From: an uncultured virus (IMG/VR IMGVR_UViG_3300047320_000091) | Taxonomy: Duplodnaviria > Heunggongvirae > Uroviricota > Caudoviricetes | Reading direction: 5' to 3' (one strand) | Length of the DNA: 64,000 nt | Virus record (IMG/VR): IMGVR_UViG_3300047320_000091 | Part shown: one piece after another, positions 19,434 through 29,335 of the stretch | Layout of the letters: every line of letters starts with the position of its first letter | Numbering within the stretch: the first letter of the stretch is position 1 | Notes under the pieces: generated by a model | Database searches by the model: none | What the model was told of the DNA's origin: nothing | What the model saw: the letters and a program-made list of their open reading frames with translations, nothing else | Made by a program: the position numbers and the translations under genes

Positions 19434-20153
19434 GTGTCTGAAGCGGTATTAGAAATGAAATCCCCGAAGAAGATTGTGATCGAGTGGATCGATCACATCC
19501 TCGACCGGAAGAAGTGGGATGGGACTCGGCTCGCGCGAGAAGCAAAGCTCGCACCGTCGACAATCCTACGCCTCATCAACGATCCGGAACATCCCTTTAT
19601 CCCGACCCTCAAAACTCTGCAGAAGATTGCGGATGCCTCCGGGTATCCGATCCCACGCAAGGTGACTGAGGCTCTCGGCGCTCCGAAGATGGAGCCGCTG
19701 GCAGAGGGTGAAGTCGAAGAGAATGGTGACGGCAGTGCCCGGCGGGACCGTAACGGCCGTATGCGGGCCACGACGGTCGAGCTGAAGCACGTCTCGTCTC
19801 TACCTGCCTCGCTGCAGGCTGCGTCATCAGCACGACGCGAGGCGTTCGTGCCGGCGCCGCCCCAGCTGGCTGACGACGAGTCGGCGTTCGCATTCTACAT
19901 GCCGGACGATACCTTCGAGCCGTGGCTCAAGTCGGGCACGCTCATGTTTGCGACCAAGCGTCGTGATCCTGTGCGGAACGACATGGTCGTCGTGACCGAC
20001 AAGAACGACCGCACGCGGGTGCGACTGCTCTGCGGTATCGATGAAGGTGGTCTGCGGCTACTGAAGCAGATGGGCAGCCAGGAAGAAGAGCGGATCGAGT
20101 TCGACGACGTCAAGGATCTCGCGATACTCGTCGGCCTGTTCAAGGCCATATGA
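19434..20153 (+). CDS. CI-like repressor (HTH plus S24-like C-terminal domain)
   Basis: TRLAREAKLAPSTILRL HTH; AFAFYMPDDTFEPWLKSG resembles S24 (catalytic Ser apparently replaced); GTG follows GGAGG. Confidence 0.75.
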   Translation: MSEAVLEMKSPKKIVIEWIDHILDRKKWDGTRLAREAKLAPSTILRLINDPEHPFIPTLKTLQKIADASGYPIPRKVTEALGAPKMEPLAEGEVEENGDGSARRDRNGRMRATTVELKHVSSLPASLQAASSARREAFVPAPPQLADDESAFAFYMPDDTFEPWLKSGTLMFATKRRDPVRNDMVVVTDKNDRTRVRLLCGIDEGGLRLLKQMGSQEEERIEFDDVKDLAILVGLFKAI

Positions 20154-20166
20154 TAGCGGCAGGGGC

Positions 20167-20559
20167 TCAGCCCCCGCCGTTCTCAACCTCGAACGTGTTC
20201 TCAACATCGCCGACCAGCTGCTCGATGCGCTGCACCGAAGCCGTCAACTCGTAGATGTCGAGATCTCGCCTCAGGTCCGTCAGTCGCTTGAGCCAGGCCT
20301 CGTCGGTGGCGACCTTCTGAACGTTCACGATGCTCTCCCATTTCTCCTGGTTGAGGGACAGCGTGACCTTCTCGATCTCGAAATCGAGGAAGTCGATGAA
20401 CTCCCTGAGCGGGATTGCGACCTTATCCATCGCCGGCCTGATGATCAGCATCTGCTGACAGATCTCCTCCAACATCGGATGGAGACGGCTTTGGAATCGA
20501 GCGTTGATCGGCTGCGGTCGCACAGCCGGCTCTTCAGTCCTAGTTTGCCTTTTTGCCAT
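20167..20559 (-). CDS. hypothetical protein
   Basis: 130-aa ORF convergent with the repressor. Confidence 0.55.
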   Translation of the reverse strand: MAKRQTRTEEPAVRPQPINARFQSRLHPMLEEICQQMLIIRPAMDKVAIPLREFIDFLDFEIEKVTLSLNQEKWESIVNVQKVATDEAWLKRLTDLRRDLDIYELTASVQRIEQLVGDVENTFEVENGGG

Positions 20560-20854
20560 TCGGCGCGCCTTTCCTCAGGGCCCTCATTCGAACATGCTGT
20601 TCGACAGCCTTGAAGTCTTCCTTGGTCGCTCGCCATGGCTTCAGCCCGCGGTCGATCGCAGACAGAGCCAGGGCGGTCGCCTTGGTGGCACCGCGCTCCT
20701 CGTACTTGGAAACAGCTTGAGGGGTGAGGCCGAGCCAGTCGCCCAGCTCGGCATGAGTCAAGTCCCTGGAGATCCTCCAGGCACGAACCTCTTCACCCGT
20801 CAGGAATTTCGCCGACGCATTTCGGCTGCCTGGCATAACGTTCTTCTCTTGCAC
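20540..20854 (-). CDS. XRE/Cro-like HTH protein
   Basis: LTGEEVRAWR...LTHAELGDWLGLTPQAVSKYE. Confidence 0.8.
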   Translation of the reverse strand: MQEKNVMPGSRNASAKFLTGEEVRAWRISRDLTHAELGDWLGLTPQAVSKYEERGATKATALALSAIDRGLKPWRATKEDFKAVEQHVRMRALRKGAPNGKKAN

Positions 20855-20970
20855 AAAAACAACTGCATTTGCGCAGTGACTGTGCCGGTTAGCGTAACCG
20901 GTACAGAAGAGAAGTCACATATGCTTGAGGTGCTAAACAGCAAGGGCATGGGTGACCCCTGCCATTTGCA

Positions 20971-21162
20971 TTAAGCTTCACTTGCAGGAGCTGGTGTGAT
21001 TCGGGCGGGATTGCCCAGTTGCCACTGATCGCGAACGACAAGCACGGCAGACGCTCGTGTGATCGGTTCGCTGACGGCCTGCCACTTCGGCGGCTTGCCC
21101 TGGCGCATGAACGCCACGACAATCACCATCGGCTCAGCCTTCGGTTGCTTCCTTTGCTTCAT
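20971..21162 (-). CDS. hypothetical protein
   Basis: ATG follows GAGGAG. Confidence 0.5.
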   Translation of the reverse strand: MKQRKQPKAEPMVIVVAFMRQGKPPKWQAVSEPITRASAVLVVRDQWQLGNPARITPAPASEA

Positions 21163-21172
21163 GTCTCCTCTT

Positions 21173-21442
21173 TTACACGGCCTCCACAAATTGCTCAATC
21201 GGGCCGTCCAGCTCGTCGAAGGCATTGACGATTGCACACCCCTGACTGCTGTCCACCCAGATCACCACGGTCACCACGACACCCTGGTCGTTGTCGTACC
21301 GCTCGATGCTGTCGACGAAGGCCTCGGTGCCAGGCGGCATCGTGTGCTCGACGTCTTCGTGGTCTGCCCCCTTCGCCTCGGTGAGGGTCTTGACCTTCTG
21401 GCCCGGCGTAAAGCCTCGCCATTCCTTCAGCCGCTCAGGCAT
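21173..21442 (-). CDS. hypothetical protein
   Basis: coupled ORF MPERLKEW... Confidence 0.55.
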   Translation of the reverse strand: MPERLKEWRGFTPGQKVKTLTEAKGADHEDVEHTMPPGTEAFVDSIERYDNDQGVVVTVVIWVDSSQGCAIVNAFDELDGPIEQFVEAV

Positions 21443-21758
21443 CGACCTTGCCCTCCAGCTCATCGGAGAGTTTGTCAGCGTTCGCCATGATGTGCTCCAG
21501 GCTGATGCTGTAGTCGGCGACCACATCCCACCCGGAGTTGCCGTAGACGAACCAGACCGTTCCCATGCGACGGTCTCCCTCATGGAAGACCAGCAGGTCG
21601 CTATCGGTCGAGAACATCGCACCGACGATCGCCTCCGGATCGATGCTGCGTTTGAGGACGGTCGCCCCGCCATCGTACACGTCGATGGTGTAGCCAGCGG
21701 CGATGCCGTCCTCGATTATCTTCTGAGCAATTTGGCGCTCAGCATCTTGTACTTTCAT
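21435..21758 (-). CDS. hypothetical protein
   Basis: coupled ORF MKVQDAERQIA... Confidence 0.6.
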   Translation of the reverse strand: MKVQDAERQIAQKIIEDGIAAGYTIDVYDGGATVLKRSIDPEAIVGAMFSTDSDLLVFHEGDRRMGTVWFVYGNSGWDVVADYSISLEHIMANADKLSDELEGKVDA

Positions 21759-22003
21759 GTTGCGGTTATCCTCTTGACGTATGCCATGTCGACCTCGCCG
21801 AAGCGGCGGGGCATCCTGGCGCGCACTTCTGCGCACCAGTCCTTCTTCTTGGGAATTTCCTTGACCTTGCGGACGGGAGCGCACTGCTCGCAGACCGCAA
21901 CGTCGGATCTTCTGTGCCAGTGCCGGGTGAGGCCGAAGCAGAAGCAGCAGTTCTCCGCTGGTTCGGGAAAGCTGCTGCCGTCATGCACGATGGTGATCGG
22001 CAT
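21755..22003 (-). CDS. small zinc-finger-like hypothetical protein
   Basis: CCFC...CEQC. Confidence 0.55.
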   Translation of the reverse strand: MPITIVHDGSSFPEPAENCCFCFGLTRHWHRRSDVAVCEQCAPVRKVKEIPKKKDWCAEVRARMPRRFGEVDMAYVKRITAT

Positions 22004-22776
22004 CAGGCCGCTTCCAACGCCTTGGCGAAGTTGTTCTTGCCGGCGCCGTGAACAGCGATGGTGATGTCGGCGTTTGCCTTGGTCCGGTTACCGCCGCACA
22101 GCATGCAGGCTGCGCACTGCACCGCCTTGCCCATCTCCGCAGAGGCGGGGCAGTGACCCTCGCCCGGGAGCTTCGGGTCTTCCTTGCCGCGGACACGGTA
22201 GGTTCGAAAGCCGAGAGCCTTGGCGAGCATGCGGTCGACCTCGCTGTCGCAGGAGGCCATGCAGAACTCCGCCAGCTCGGGGATCTCGCGCCACATGTGG
22301 GTGTAACCGGTGAGGTCAGCGACCTGGCTTAGCGCGGTCTTCCAGACCTTGACCGGCACAGCTCCGGGATCACCATAGGCGCCGACGCGGACGACCTTGC
22401 GGGCGAGAAGCTTGCGGGCCTTGGCGAGCGGCATCTCCGGATACTTGCCGCGGGAGTAGGCGTCCCAGACCACGCGAGGACCGCGCATCAGGGTGACGTA
22501 GCAGGACCGGCCGACATTGGTCAGTAGGCCCGTCTTATGGTCCCGGACGACCTTGCCGCGGTGACGGCAGTTGCCGCAGATCGAGAAGTCGGCACCGGTC
22601 TGCACCGCCTTCATCGGGTTGATCCCATCGGGAAGGATGTAGATCTGGACCATCGGTCCAGTCTTGGAATTGGAGCCACCGTCCTCGAGTCCGGTGGCGA
22701 TGCATATAATGGGCTTGCCGTCGATCACGGACGGGCCTTTGTATAGAACGAAGCCGTTCACGGGTCTCTCCTTCAT
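22003..22776 (-). CDS. Cys-rich conserved phage protein (possible Fe-S/metal protein)
   Basis: NSKTGPM, CGNCRHR...SCYV, RVGAYGDPGAVP, GYTHMW, CPAS...CAACMLC. Confidence 0.6.
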   Translation of the reverse strand: MKERPVNGFVLYKGPSVIDGKPIICIATGLEDGGSNSKTGPMVQIYILPDGINPMKAVQTGADFSICGNCRHRGKVVRDHKTGLLTNVGRSCYVTLMRGPRVVWDAYSRGKYPEMPLAKARKLLARKVVRVGAYGDPGAVPVKVWKTALSQVADLTGYTHMWREIPELAEFCMASCDSEVDRMLAKALGFRTYRVRGKEDPKLPGEGHCPASAEMGKAVQCAACMLCGGNRTKANADITIAVHGAGKNNFAKALEAA

Positions 22777-23135
22777 GCGATCAACATCAGTTCACGGGGT
22801 TTGGTCAGAGCAAGCTCCCGTTCGGCAGCCCGTAGCTGCCGGCAGAGGATTTCGATTTGCTTGGTCTTGCGGGCTTTGAAGTCCCGGATGGCGCCTGCCT
22901 CAGACTCCGAGTACTTCTTCTTGAATGCGGTGAGCAGCTGAAACTCACCGGTACACAGCCATGCGCCCTTGGGCGTCCGGCGCTCGATCTCCCACCACCA
23001 CATCTCAAGACGAGGGTCGGTGACGCCGTACTCATCGCGATCGGCGTCGATGATGTAGGAGTAGCTCTTGGCGTCGCACCGCCAGAGGACGTCTTCCCCC
23101 TCTGGCGGCTTGCCTCGCGGATAGTGCAGCTTCAC
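22773..23135 (-). CDS. hypothetical protein
   Basis: coupled ORF with RRTPKGAWL motif. Confidence 0.55.
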   Translation of the reverse strand: MKLHYPRGKPPEGEDVLWRCDAKSYSYIIDADRDEYGVTDPRLEMWWWEIERRTPKGAWLCTGEFQLLTAFKKKYSESEAGAIRDFKARKTKQIEILCRQLRAAERELALTKPRELMLIA

Positions 23136-24745
23136 GCAACGCCGGGCAGTGCGAGCTGCCCCTTCTTGTTGTCGTTGGCTGCAACGGCCTTCTGGTTGTC
23201 GTTAGCCGGCGGCATCTTCACCTTCGGCAACGGCGGATAGAGATCGATCAACTCCTCCATGGCGCGGGTGGCCGCCACGTATTGCAGATTGAACTCCTGC
23301 TCCTTCTCCCAGGGCATGGTGGCGTACTTCGACGGGCAGGTGTTCAGCCGGTCGAGCCAGTAGACGCGCTTCCACTCGCGGCCCTTCGACCGGTGGATGG
23401 TGCAGAGGGTCAGGATACCCTTCACGTCATCTGCGAAGATGTTGTCGATGTAGGCGGTGACGGATGAGATCGAGTCCTGCTTCTCCTCACGGCACGCATC
23501 CATGATGACCTTCAGGGTCTCGAACTTGTCCTCGGCCTCCTGCACCTTCGACATCTTCTTCTTCGGCAGCCAGCGCTCCTTCTCCTTCTCCAGCCAGTCC
23601 TCCAGCTTCTCCTCCAGCTCTGGGATGGTGCTGATCGACTTCCAGCGGGTAGCCAGCTTCTTGAGGCCGTTGCCGATGTCCCGGCCTTCGATGCGGCAAG
23701 GGATCTTGTCGCGGATCATCGCGAATGCGGCAGTGACCAGCGGGCGGGTGTTGCGGCAAAGGATTGCCGCATCGCCGTTGAGCCGGCTACGATCCTGGAT
23801 CAGGTTCTCGAACGTCTCGGTGCTGATCTTGCCGTCTGGAGCGGTTTCGTGCGCTTCGATGTGGCTGACCCACGTCTTGGCGAACTTCACCACGTTCTTC
23901 GGGCAACGGTACGTGACCGTCAGTGGCATCTCCTTGGCGCCGAACTCCGCCTTGATGATGTCTAGGCTATCGTTATCGGCCCCCGTGAAGCCGAAGATGG
24001 CCTGGTGGGGGTCGCCGACAGCGAACACGCGGCCGGTGTGGGGCTTCATCAGCGCTCGCACCAGCAGCCGGCGCACCGTGTTGGTGTCCTGCGCCTCGTC
24101 GATCCAGACGTTGTCGAACTGCCAGAACCTGATCTTGTAGAGTAGGGGCAGGTAGATCATGTCGTTGAAGTCGATGACCTCCGGGTTCTTGTTCGACTCC
24201 TTCAGCGTCTCGATCGCCAGGTCGATGATGTCCGACGCCTTCTTCTGCAGCGGCTCTTCATCGAAGATGTCGTAGTGCTCGGCGATGTCCTCCCAGATCG
24301 AGTGGTCCTCGATATGGCCCTGTCCCTCGATGCCGAGGCCGCTCTGCTTGGCGAGGCCGACTAGCTGGCAGACGACAGCGACATGCGGTACGAGCGACGG
24401 CTCGATCTTGCTGTCCTCCACCCACTGGGCGGTGATGCGGCCGACCTTCTCGTCGTCGACGCGAACCTTCGGGAACGTCTTGCGGTAGTTTCGCAGAGCG
24501 ATGGCGTGACAGGTCGAGGACTCTGCCTTCTTCCAGTCGATGCCGAGCTTCTCCAGCTTGCCCTTCATTTCCTTGGCGATCTTGGCGCCAAAGGACAGGA
24601 TGATGCTGCTGCCGAGCATCTTCTCGACGGTATGGACTATGGTCGTGGACTTGCCGGCGCCGGCCACCGCGATCACGAGCAGGGAGCTGGAGCCGTTCCA
24701 GGCCTCGTGCTGGACCGCCGCTTGCTGCGGGGAGGGGACGTACAT
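23132..24745 (-). CDS. UvrD/Rep-like superfamily 1 helicase
   Basis: AVAGAGKST, IDEAQD, VGDPHQAIFGF, TYRCP, TIHRSKGREW, YVAATRA. Confidence 0.93.
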   Translation of the reverse strand: MYVPSPQQAAVQHEAWNGSSSLLVIAVAGAGKSTTIVHTVEKMLGSSIILSFGAKIAKEMKGKLEKLGIDWKKAESSTCHAIALRNYRKTFPKVRVDDEKVGRITAQWVEDSKIEPSLVPHVAVVCQLVGLAKQSGLGIEGQGHIEDHSIWEDIAEHYDIFDEEPLQKKASDIIDLAIETLKESNKNPEVIDFNDMIYLPLLYKIRFWQFDNVWIDEAQDTNTVRRLLVRALMKPHTGRVFAVGDPHQAIFGFTGADNDSLDIIKAEFGAKEMPLTVTYRCPKNVVKFAKTWVSHIEAHETAPDGKISTETFENLIQDRSRLNGDAAILCRNTRPLVTAAFAMIRDKIPCRIEGRDIGNGLKKLATRWKSISTIPELEEKLEDWLEKEKERWLPKKKMSKVQEAEDKFETLKVIMDACREEKQDSISSVTAYIDNIFADDVKGILTLCTIHRSKGREWKRVYWLDRLNTCPSKYATMPWEKEQEFNLQYVAATRAMEELIDLYPPLPKVKMPPANDNQKAVAANDNKKGQLALPGVA

Positions 24746-24789
24746 TGGATCACCTTTCCGAATTGGGGTGGGTCAGAGGTAGCAGGCCA

Positions 24790-24806
24790 TTTGCATTCAA
24801 GCAAAC
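24790..24806. promoter_or_regulatory. dispersed motif TTTGCATTCAAGCAAAC
   Basis: consensus copy upstream of the helicase. Confidence 0.65.
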
Positions 24807-24818
24807 AGAAAATGCAAA

Positions 24819-25202
24819 CTATGCGGCCTGGGATTGGGTAGCCTCGGTCCTGGCGAGGAGTTTCAGCGCCTCGACCACGCGCCTGGCGTTCGGCTCCTTG
24901 TAGACCTTGCAGACGTAGCGCTTGGCGTCGAAAATCAGCCAGCCTTCGCCGTGGAAGTTCTGGATCATGAACGTGGGCTCATTCTCAAGGAAGAACACGT
25001 TCTTGACCCGCTCGGTCAGGTGGCGGATCTGCAGACTCCCGTAGGCGTCGCCGACAACGAGCCCCTTGGCCTTCAGATTGTTGAGCGAGTGGACCTCGCC
25101 GTTGTTAACCCAGACGTAGTTTGTGGTGTCGAGCGTCAGCACCTTGGCGATCATGCGCTCTTGCAGGTCGGTCAACGTCTTCGGCATAAGAACCTCCTTC
25201 AC
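24819..25202 (-). CDS. hypothetical protein
   Basis: coupled ORF. Confidence 0.55.
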   Translation of the reverse strand: MKEVLMPKTLTDLQERMIAKVLTLDTTNYVWVNNGEVHSLNNLKAKGLVVGDAYGSLQIRHLTERVKNVFFLENEPTFMIQNFHGEGWLIFDAKRYVCKVYKEPNARRVVEALKLLARTEATQSQAA

Positions 25203-25519
25203 TTCAGGTATGCTGGGCCGTACGGACCCATCTTGGCGAGACCGTTGCTGTCGTCGAAGATGTTGCCGCGAGCGTGCTTCGCCGGCCGCGCCCAGGTCTC
25301 AGCCTTGAGCACGTCGCCGGTCAGCTTGCAGATGAAGCAATGGACGCCGGTCTCTCGGACGATGCGCCAGCGCTTCTGCAGCTCCTGCATTTCGAACGGC
25401 GGTTTGGTGAGGCTCGGATAATTCGCCGTCATGTAGTCGTCGCTGATCTTTTTGACGCCAGCGAAGAAGCGATCAAGCGCCTCGCGAAATTCCTCGGGAG
25501 GACGTGTCGGTTCAGGCAT
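25199..25519 (-). CDS. conserved phage hypothetical protein
   Basis: VHCFI...TGDVLKAETWARPAKHARGNI...GPAYL motif. Confidence 0.65.
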   Translation of the reverse strand: MPEPTRPPEEFREALDRFFAGVKKISDDYMTANYPSLTKPPFEMQELQKRWRIVRETGVHCFICKLTGDVLKAETWARPAKHARGNIFDDSNGLAKMGPYGPAYLK

Positions 25520-25997
25520 CGGATGCCTCCTTGATGATCTCTTTGATTGAGGTGTTGGCGACGAACCCGAAGTAGTCCTCGTCGTTGTCGACCGGCTCGA
25601 CGTAGACGCGCTTGTCGACGTCGGTATTATCGACCTCGCCTACGGTGTAGATGCCGTCAGGCGCATCTTCGTCGCCTTCGACACGGACCCGATCTCCCGG
25701 TGCCACCACCAACACCTTCACGGCGTCGGGCTCGGCGCAGGCTTTGTAGAGCCATGCATCCGAGAGCTGCTCCCCGTTGAGATACAAGCCATCCTCCGTG
25801 AGGGTGGCTGCGCCTTGGGAATGCTCCCCCACTGCGACACGCACGTCGGACAGTCGAACGATCGCGTCAGCGTCGTCGGACCCGGAGGTCAACAGTTCCT
25901 TGACCTTCTCGAAGTGCGTGTGGTCCGCTGCCAGGGTCCACGGACGGCCCCTGGCAATGAACGTGATGGAGGTGTCGGTGATGACACTCGGGATCAT
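25512..25997 (-). CDS. short rIIB-like protein
   Basis: MIPSVITDTSITFIARGRPWTLAADHTHFEKV resembles rIIB N-termini; directly downstream of rIIA. Confidence 0.5.
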   Translation of the reverse strand: MIPSVITDTSITFIARGRPWTLAADHTHFEKVKELLTSGSDDADAIVRLSDVRVAVGEHSQGAATLTEDGLYLNGEQLSDAWLYKACAEPDAVKVLVVAPGDRVRVEGDEDAPDGIYTVGEVDNTDVDKRVYVEPVDNDEDYFGFVANTSIKEIIKEASDA

Positions 25998-26010
25998 TGG
26001 ATCGCTCCGT

Positions 26011-28245
26011 TCAGGCTGCTTCGTCGAGGACGTCAAGGTCTTGATCGACCTCCTCCTCGACGATCTGGTTGTTGTCGTTCAGCCCCAGCTCAACCCGTGC
26101 CGCAGCCGCCCGCTGCTGCAGGAGCTGCTGCTCTGCATGCAGGAGGTCGCAGTAGGTCTTGAGCTGAAGTTCGGTGGTGCGGGCGTCCGTACGGTTGCCA
26201 TAGGAGTAGTACGGGTTGGGCTCGATGATGAGCTTCAACAGCGAGTACTTGGAGCACAGCTCGCGATAGCGGCGCTCCATCGCATGGATCGGACACTGGA
26301 CTTCCGGCGTTTCAACGTGAACACCGAGCTGCGCCAAGGCGGAATGCGCCTTGTCGGTATCGGTCTCGACGTTAGACTGGGCCTTCAGCGTGTTGCCGAG
26401 AGTGGTCAGCTCGGCCTTGAACGACAGAAGGTCTTCCGGAGCGTTCGCGAACGTCGCCGATTGCATGCCAAAGATGCCACGCAAGGCGGTGTCCAGATCG
26501 TTGAAGCTTTTCTTGTGCAGACCGGTGAAGGTGCTGACGTCGATCTTCGCTTGCAGGTCGGTGATCAGGTCGTCGCCGAACAGCGTCCAGTTCTCGCCAA
26601 GGGCGGCGTGATCCTCGTTCTGCACCACGATCATCGTTCCGGCCTCGACCAGGCCCAGGTCGTAGCCGGCCGAGATGGCCTGCTTGAGCGAGCTGGACGA
26701 GACACCGCTGCGATCCTGAGAGACCCGGAAGAAGTCCGAGCCGCCACGCCGCCGGCTGCTGAACCGGTTGTCCTGGCGGATGATGTAGAGCCCGCCCTCG
26801 GCGAGATCGACATCCTCCTGACTCATCGCGATCCCGCCACCCTCCAGAACGAGAAGGGTTTTGCGACGGCGCACGGTCTTGCCCCGCTTGACGCGAGCCG
26901 AGGCCGGCACCTTGAAGGTATCGAGCTCAATGATCTCGGGATTGCCGAGATCGGCCAGAACCTGCTCGCGGAAGGCGCGCTTGCAGCGGACCCACAGCAC
27001 CTTCTCGCCGATCAGCCCCGCCAGCTGGAAGCGGGAGAACGAGTAGCTGGGGTTGTGCTCGATGACGATCTTGGCATCGCGAACCGTGCGGCAACGCACG
27101 GCGCTATCCTCGAATTTGTCGAACTGCGACCAGCCATCGTCCAGCATCATGGTCTTGGCGTTGCGCTTCGGCACGTTGGTGCCGAGGTACAGGCCAGCCC
27201 ACTTCACGACGTTGCGCAGGCTGTCGACGCGGCTGACGCCCAGGTTCTCGGTCGCATCCTCGAACAGCTCGACGGCTTCGAGCAGGTCTTGCGCCTGGTC
27301 GACGATGCCCTGGAGCTGGGTGATGAAGTTGCTCTCGTACTCCTGGACGAGGCGGGTCAGAGTCGCCTTGGTGTTATCGTCGTACGCCAACTCTTCGCGG
27401 GATAGCGTGACCTTCAGCGAGCCGATCGGCGCGTCGAACAGCACGTTGTCATTATAGTCGAGGAAGCCCGACGTTTTGATCTGGCGCAGATCGAACGGAT
27501 ACATCACGCAGCCCATGCGGACGCGCGGGCCAGAGAACGGGATTGTGTTCGGCTTGTAGCGGGTCCAGTTGTCGCCCTGGCTGAGGACGACCGGGTCCTT
27601 CCAGTTCAGCGACGGCGTGACCTTCGGCCGTGGCTCGAACGACCAGAGGATCTGGCGGGCACGGTCATGGAACTCGGCGATGTCCTCGCGGCGCACCGGG
27701 AAGGAAACCTCCAGGCCCGTATCCGCATCGGACGGCGCCTCGATCAGCAGGCGCATGGTCGGCGCACCGCTCTGCGAGAGCGACAAGACGTAGGTCCGCA
27801 TCATGCCGCCGTGGTACGACGTCACGGTGTAGGAGCCCGAGCCATTGTCCGAGATCAGGTAGGCGTACGGACTCTTCGAACCCAAGCCCCAGCCACCAAC
27901 CTGGTTGTTGCTATCCCGCTTCGTCGAAGCGTAGAGGCGGGCGTAGACGTTCTTCATGTCTTCCGGCGACATGCCGGGACCGAAGTCACGGAACGTGATC
28001 GTCGGATTGAGCGGGGTCGGCAGCGTGATCTGCGGGATCTTGTCCTCGGGGATGTTGTCCCCGTACTTGATCCGGGAGCCGTCCCACATGTTCGTGGTCA
28101 GCTCGCGCATCGGGTAGCCGATCTTGTCCTTCGCAAGACCGGAGATCTGGGCGTAGAACGCCACGGCGTTCGCTTCGAACGAAATGGCGACTTCATCCTG
28201 CACTCCCGAGGCGACGTCGACGTGCTCTTGCAATCCGAGTTTCAT
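26011..28245 (-). CDS. rIIA-like protein (N-terminal GHKL/Hsp90-like ATPase)
   Basis: RELTTNMWD, FRDFGPGMS, STKRDSNNQVGGWGLGSKSPYAY, TGLEVSFPV, SREEL. Confidence 0.85.
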   Translation of the reverse strand: MKLGLQEHVDVASGVQDEVAISFEANAVAFYAQISGLAKDKIGYPMRELTTNMWDGSRIKYGDNIPEDKIPQITLPTPLNPTITFRDFGPGMSPEDMKNVYARLYASTKRDSNNQVGGWGLGSKSPYAYLISDNGSGSYTVTSYHGGMMRTYVLSLSQSGAPTMRLLIEAPSDADTGLEVSFPVRREDIAEFHDRARQILWSFEPRPKVTPSLNWKDPVVLSQGDNWTRYKPNTIPFSGPRVRMGCVMYPFDLRQIKTSGFLDYNDNVLFDAPIGSLKVTLSREELAYDDNTKATLTRLVQEYESNFITQLQGIVDQAQDLLEAVELFEDATENLGVSRVDSLRNVVKWAGLYLGTNVPKRNAKTMMLDDGWSQFDKFEDSAVRCRTVRDAKIVIEHNPSYSFSRFQLAGLIGEKVLWVRCKRAFREQVLADLGNPEIIELDTFKVPASARVKRGKTVRRRKTLLVLEGGGIAMSQEDVDLAEGGLYIIRQDNRFSSRRRGGSDFFRVSQDRSGVSSSSLKQAISAGYDLGLVEAGTMIVVQNEDHAALGENWTLFGDDLITDLQAKIDVSTFTGLHKKSFNDLDTALRGIFGMQSATFANAPEDLLSFKAELTTLGNTLKAQSNVETDTDKAHSALAQLGVHVETPEVQCPIHAMERRYRELCSKYSLLKLIIEPNPYYSYGNRTDARTTELQLKTYCDLLHAEQQLLQQRAAAARVELGLNDNNQIVEEEVDQDLDVLDEAA

Positions 28246-28279
28246 TGTTCCGTGTCCTTTCTGATGTCTGCGTTGATGG

Positions 28280-29320
28280 TCAGGCGACGGCGATTTCGTC
28301 GTCGCCCAGGAGATCGAGCAGCGTCCGCTCCGGTTCGTATGCCGGCGGCATGCGGTTGGTGAACTTGATGGCGTCATCCAGCTCATCGACGCCGACGTTC
28401 ATGTCGTTGAGGTACTCGGCGACCTGGCGCGGATATTTCCACACCAGTTCCTCCAGATCGCGCAGCCGCAGCCGACGCAGGGTGCGGAGCTTGCTGATCC
28501 CCAGGCCGGAGGATGAAGAGCTGCTGCCCCACGACGAGCTGCTGTAGCTTCGACGTTGCGAGCGCTGCGGTACCTCTGAGACATTGCCCTTCGGATCGCG
28601 CTCGATGACGAACTTCGAGGCGTCGATCTTGACCATGAGGTCACGCAGCTCGAAGAGATGCTTGACGCACTGGGTCTCGTCGTCGTGATGCTCGTTCTCG
28701 TATCCGACCGAGATGTTCGAGCACTCCGGGACGATGCCCATGTAGATCTTGGTGTCGGTCAGGACGCCGGTCGGATCGGGCTTGAACCCCGGCAGCTGCT
28801 CGCAGACCGATTTGGCGAAGGCATCCGACGCTGTCCTGCCGCGCTGGTGGGTGATCACCGAGTCGAAACCGCGGCGATCGAACGCGACCGCAGCCTTGAT
28901 GCCGTCCAGGAACTCCGGCGTCTCGTTGGCGATGCCTCCGGAGCCCTTGCACCCCACCTCCTCGCCGAAGTGGAAGACGTAGAGGCCTGGCACCTTCGCC
29001 TCGATCATCTTGATCATGATGAAGTTGCCGGCCGCGTCGTCAGCGCCGAGACAGTTCGACTTGGACTTCTTCGGCAGGTGGATCTTGGTGCCGGTCATCT
29101 CGATCTTCTGGAAGCCCTCGTCCCGGTGGACGCTGTCCGTGTGGGAGGACCAGAGGATCGTCGGCTTCTCTTCCCCGACGATGAGGAAGCGGTTGCCGAA
29201 CTTGTCCGTGTTGACGCCGAGCGGGTTGAGGAAGCGCTCGATGTAGGCAGCCTCGGTCTTCGAGCCATAGGGACGGCGATGGCTAAGCATCGCCTTGATC
29301 ATCTCAAGGTCGTTGGACAT
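28280..29320 (-). CDS. M28/M20-like zinc metallopeptidase
   Basis: SHTDSVH, LGADDAAG, GEEVGCKGS, FDRRG, NISVGYENEH. Confidence 0.85.
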   Translation of the reverse strand: MSNDLEMIKAMLSHRRPYGSKTEAAYIERFLNPLGVNTDKFGNRFLIVGEEKPTILWSSHTDSVHRDEGFQKIEMTGTKIHLPKKSKSNCLGADDAAGNFIMIKMIEAKVPGLYVFHFGEEVGCKGSGGIANETPEFLDGIKAAVAFDRRGFDSVITHQRGRTASDAFAKSVCEQLPGFKPDPTGVLTDTKIYMGIVPECSNISVGYENEHHDDETQCVKHLFELRDLMVKIDASKFVIERDPKGNVSEVPQRSQRRSYSSSSWGSSSSSSGLGISKLRTLRRLRLRDLEELVWKYPRQVAEYLNDMNVGVDELDDAIKFTNRMPPAYEPERTLLDLLGDDEIAVA

Positions 29321-29335
29321 TTCAGTTCCTGTTGA